Translations under genes and position numbers: made by a program
Shown: positions 48,961 to 51,464 of the stretch, one piece after another
Position numbering within the stretch: position 1 is the stretch's first letter
Layout of the letters: each line of letters begins with the position of its first letter
The notes under the pieces: model-generated
Told to the model about the DNA's origin: nothing
Databases searched by the model: none
The model's input: the letters and a program-made list of their open reading frames with translations, nothing else
Assembly (NCBI GenBank): GCA_944358505.1
Contig: CALVRG010000011.1
Location: 1 to 51,464 of the forward strand
Length of the DNA: 51,464 nt
Direction of reading: 5' to 3'
Origin: an uncultured Bacilli bacterium
GTDB taxonomy: Bacteria > Bacillota_I > Bacilli_A > RF39 > UBA660

Positions 48961-51390
48961 ATGGATAGATTAGAACAAAATAATATAGTAAAAGAAGTTA
49001 GGGATTCATTTTTAGATTATTCGATGAGTGTAATTACTTCTCGTGCTATTCCTGACTTAAGAGATGGATTAAAGCCTGTTCATAGGCGAATTTTATATTC
49101 AATGTATGAATCTGGTTATACACCAGATAAACCACATAAAAAAAGTGCAAAGACCGTCGGAGAAGTTATGGGTAATTATCATCCGCATGGAGATTCTAGT
49201 ATTTATGAAGCAATGGTTAGGATGGCTCAGGATTTTTCTTATCGCTATATGTTAATTGATGGCCATGGTAATTTTGGTAATATTGAAGGTTATGGTGCTG
49301 CAGCAATGCGTTATACAGAAGCTAGATTATCAAAAATATCTTTGGAATTACTTAGAAATATTAATAAAAATACAGTAGATTTTGATTCTAACTTTGATGA
49401 AACTACAAAAGAACCTCAAGTGTTACCATCAAGGTTTCCTAATATTTTAGTAAATGGTACTACTGGAATTGCTGTTGGTATGGCTACAAATATACCTCCT
49501 CATAATTTAAAGGAAGTAATTGATGGTTGTGTGGCTTATATTGATAATCCTGATATTGATGTGGATGGCTTAATGCAATATATTAAAGGGCCTGATTTTC
49601 CTACTGGTGCTTCAATATTAGGAAATAGTGGTATTAGAAAAGCTTATGAAACAGGTAGAGGAACTATTACTATTAGGAGTAGGGCACAAATTGAAGAAAA
49701 AAATGGTAAACAATATATAATTATTGATGAAGTTCCTTATGGTGTTAATACATTAGAGTTGAAAAATAAAGTTGCTGAATTAGTTCATAATAAGACTATT
49801 GAAGGAATTTCTGATTATCATTCAGATTTAAAAAATGGTATTAAAATTACAATAACATTAAAAAAGGATGCTAATGCTCAAGTAGTTTTGAATAAACTTT
49901 ATAAGCATACGCAATTTCAAACTAGTTATGGAATAATTCTGTTAATGTTAGATCAAGGTGTTCCAAAAACTTTAGGTTTAAAGGATATAATTGCTAAATA
50001 TATTGATTTTCAAAGGGAAGTAATTATTAGGAGAACTAGATTTGATTTAGACAATGCAGAAAAACGTGTTCATATTTTAGAAGGATTAAAAATTGCATTA
50101 GATCATATTGATGAAGTTATTAAACTAATTAGAGGATCTAAATCTGATGAAGAAGCAAGAAATGGTTTAATGAGTAAATTTGGTTTAAGTGAAGTTCAAG
50201 CAAATGCAATTCTTGAAATGAGGCTTAGACGATTAACTGGATTAGAAAGAGAAAAAATAGAAAATGAACTTGCAGAATTACTTAAATTAATATCTTCTTT
50301 AAATGATATTTTAAGTAGCGATGCTAAAGTTTTAGAGGTTATAAAAAAAGAACTTTTGGAAATTAGAGATAAATATGGTGATGATAGAAGAACTAATATT
50401 GATATGACTGCTATAGAGTATATTGAGGACGAATCCTTAATTCCTGTAGAGGATATAATTGTAACTTTAACTAATAAAGGATATATAAAAAGATTAAGAG
50501 CTGATACTTATAAATCACAAAATCGTGGTGGTGTTGGTATTAAAGGTATGTCAACAAACGAAGAAGATTTTGTTAAGCAGCTAATTTCTATGAAAACTCA
50601 TGATTATATACTATTTTTCTCAAATAAAGGAAGAGTATATCGTTTGAAAGGATATGAAATTCCTGAATTCAGTCGTCAATCTAAAGGTATACCAGTAGTT
50701 AATTTATTGTCATTGGAGCAAAAGGAGAACATTAGTTCGACTATATGTTTAGAACCATCTGTGGAAAACTATAAATATTTAATTTTTGTTACAAAGAATG
50801 GTTTAGTTAAAAGAACTGAAATAAATGAGTTTGACAATATAAGAAAAAGCGGTAAAATTGCAATTGTTCTTAAGGAAGATGACGAACTAATAGCTGTGGA
50901 TAAAACAACAGGTAATAATGAAGTAATTATAGGTGCTAGTAATGGTCGAATGGTAAGATTTGTTGAAAATGAGATAAGATCAATGGGAAGAGGTACTTCT
51001 GGAGTTAAAGGTATTGATCTTGATGGAAGCATTGTTGTTGGTGCAAATGTTGTTTGTGGAAATCAAGAAGTTTTAATTGTAACTAGTAATGGTTATGGTA
51101 AAAAAACAAGTATAAATGAATATAGATTAACTCATAGAGGTAGTAAGGGTGTAAAAGCTTTAAATATGACAGAAAAGAACGGATTAATGATATCATTAAA
51201 TTGTATTAATGATAATCAAAGCGATAATAAAGATGTCATGATAATTACTGATGGAGGCGTAGTTATGCGGATGCCAATGTCACAGATTTCTACATTAAAA
51301 CGAGCTACACAAGGAGTTAGACTTATTCATTTAAAAGATAATCAAAACGTATCAACAATTACTGTTGTTGATAAAGAGGAGGAAATGTGA
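48961..51390 (+). CDS. gyrA: DNA gyrase subunit A
   Basis: [24 protein letters not shown] and the GyrA-box QNRGGVG. Confidence 0.98.
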   Translation: MDRLEQNNIVKEVRDSFLDYSMSVITSRAIPDLRDGLKPVHRRILYSMYESGYTPDKPHKKSAKTVGEVMGNYHPHGDSSIYEAMVRMAQDFSYRYMLIDGHGNFGNIEGYGAAAMRYTEARLSKISLELLRNINKNTVDFDSNFDETTKEPQVLPSRFPNILVNGTTGIAVGMATNIPPHNLKEVIDGCVAYIDNPDIDVDGLMQYIKGPDFPTGASILGNSGIRKAYETGRGTITIRSRAQIEEKNGKQYIIIDEVPYGVNTLELKNKVAELVHNKTIEGISDYHSDLKNGIKITITLKKDANAQVVLNKLYKHTQFQTSYGIILLMLDQGVPKTLGLKDIIAKYIDFQREVIIRRTRFDLDNAEKRVHILEGLKIALDHIDEVIKLIRGSKSDEEARNGLMSKFGLSEVQANAILEMRLRRLTGLEREKIENELAELLKLISSLNDILSSDAKVLEVIKKELLEIRDKYGDDRRTNIDMTAIEYIEDESLIPVEDIIVTLTNKGYIKRLRADTYKSQNRGGVGIKGMSTNEEDFVKQLISMKTHDYILFFSNKGRVYRLKGYEIPEFSRQSKGIPVVNLLSLEQKENISSTICLEPSVENYKYLIFVTKNGLVKRTEINEFDNIRKSGKIAIVLKEDDELIAVDKTTGNNEVIIGASNGRMVRFVENEIRSMGRGTSGVKGIDLDGSIVVGANVVCGNQEVLIVTSNGYGKKTSINEYRLTHRGSKGVKALNMTEKNGLMISLNCINDNQSDNKDVMIITDGGVVMRMPMSQISTLKRATQGVRLIHLKDNQNVSTITVVDKEEEM

Positions 51391-51464
51391 TTATAATACC
51401 TTTAAAGTTCACACTAAATAAAAAGAACTAAAATATGGTAAAATTTATTTAGAAAGAACTTTGG

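Noticed and set aside
49170-49215. Possible quinolone-resistance change in GyrA
   Set aside because: The QRDR reads HGDSSIYEA, with Ser and acidic residues at the canonical positions (wild-type-like).

Overview
This is a very AT-rich chromosomal window spanning the replication origin of a streamlined, walled Bacilli-type Firmicute. It uses the standard genetic code (TGA is a stop, Trp is TGG). Gene content, Bacillus-like gene order and composition suggest an RF39-like gut lineage, which is inference only. Left of about 42.3 kb nearly all genes lie on the minus strand (rpmH-rnpA-yidC-jag-mnmE-mnmG-rsmG-noc-parA-parB ... rpsF-ssb-rpsR, DHH phosphoesterase, rplI-dnaB, argS-rpoE-prfA-prmC-spoIIR, fba-murA, spoIIQ-mbl-tagO, hpf-secA). 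Right of it, dnaA-dnaN-comK-recF-gyrB-gyrA lie on the plus strand. The highlights are: (1) a complete convergent agr quorum-sensing locus (agrB-agrD facing agrC-agrA), whose 39-aa AgrD is missing from the ORF track and predicts a CAWWM(C) thiolactone peptide, with a LytTR-type direct repeat upstream; (2) a ComK-family gene in the yaaA slot between dnaN and recF, with candidate K-box and Spo0A boxes; (3) an oriC built on TTTTCCACA boxes, paired with a DnaA carrying Gln in place of the conserved His of the domain IV DHTT motif; (4) sporulation genes (spoIIQ, spoIIR, gerQ, pbpG); (5) an atypical Noc, a sensor-less GdpP-like enzyme and loss of walRK-yycHI from its usual locus. No tRNA, rRNA, CRISPR array or mobile element was recognised.
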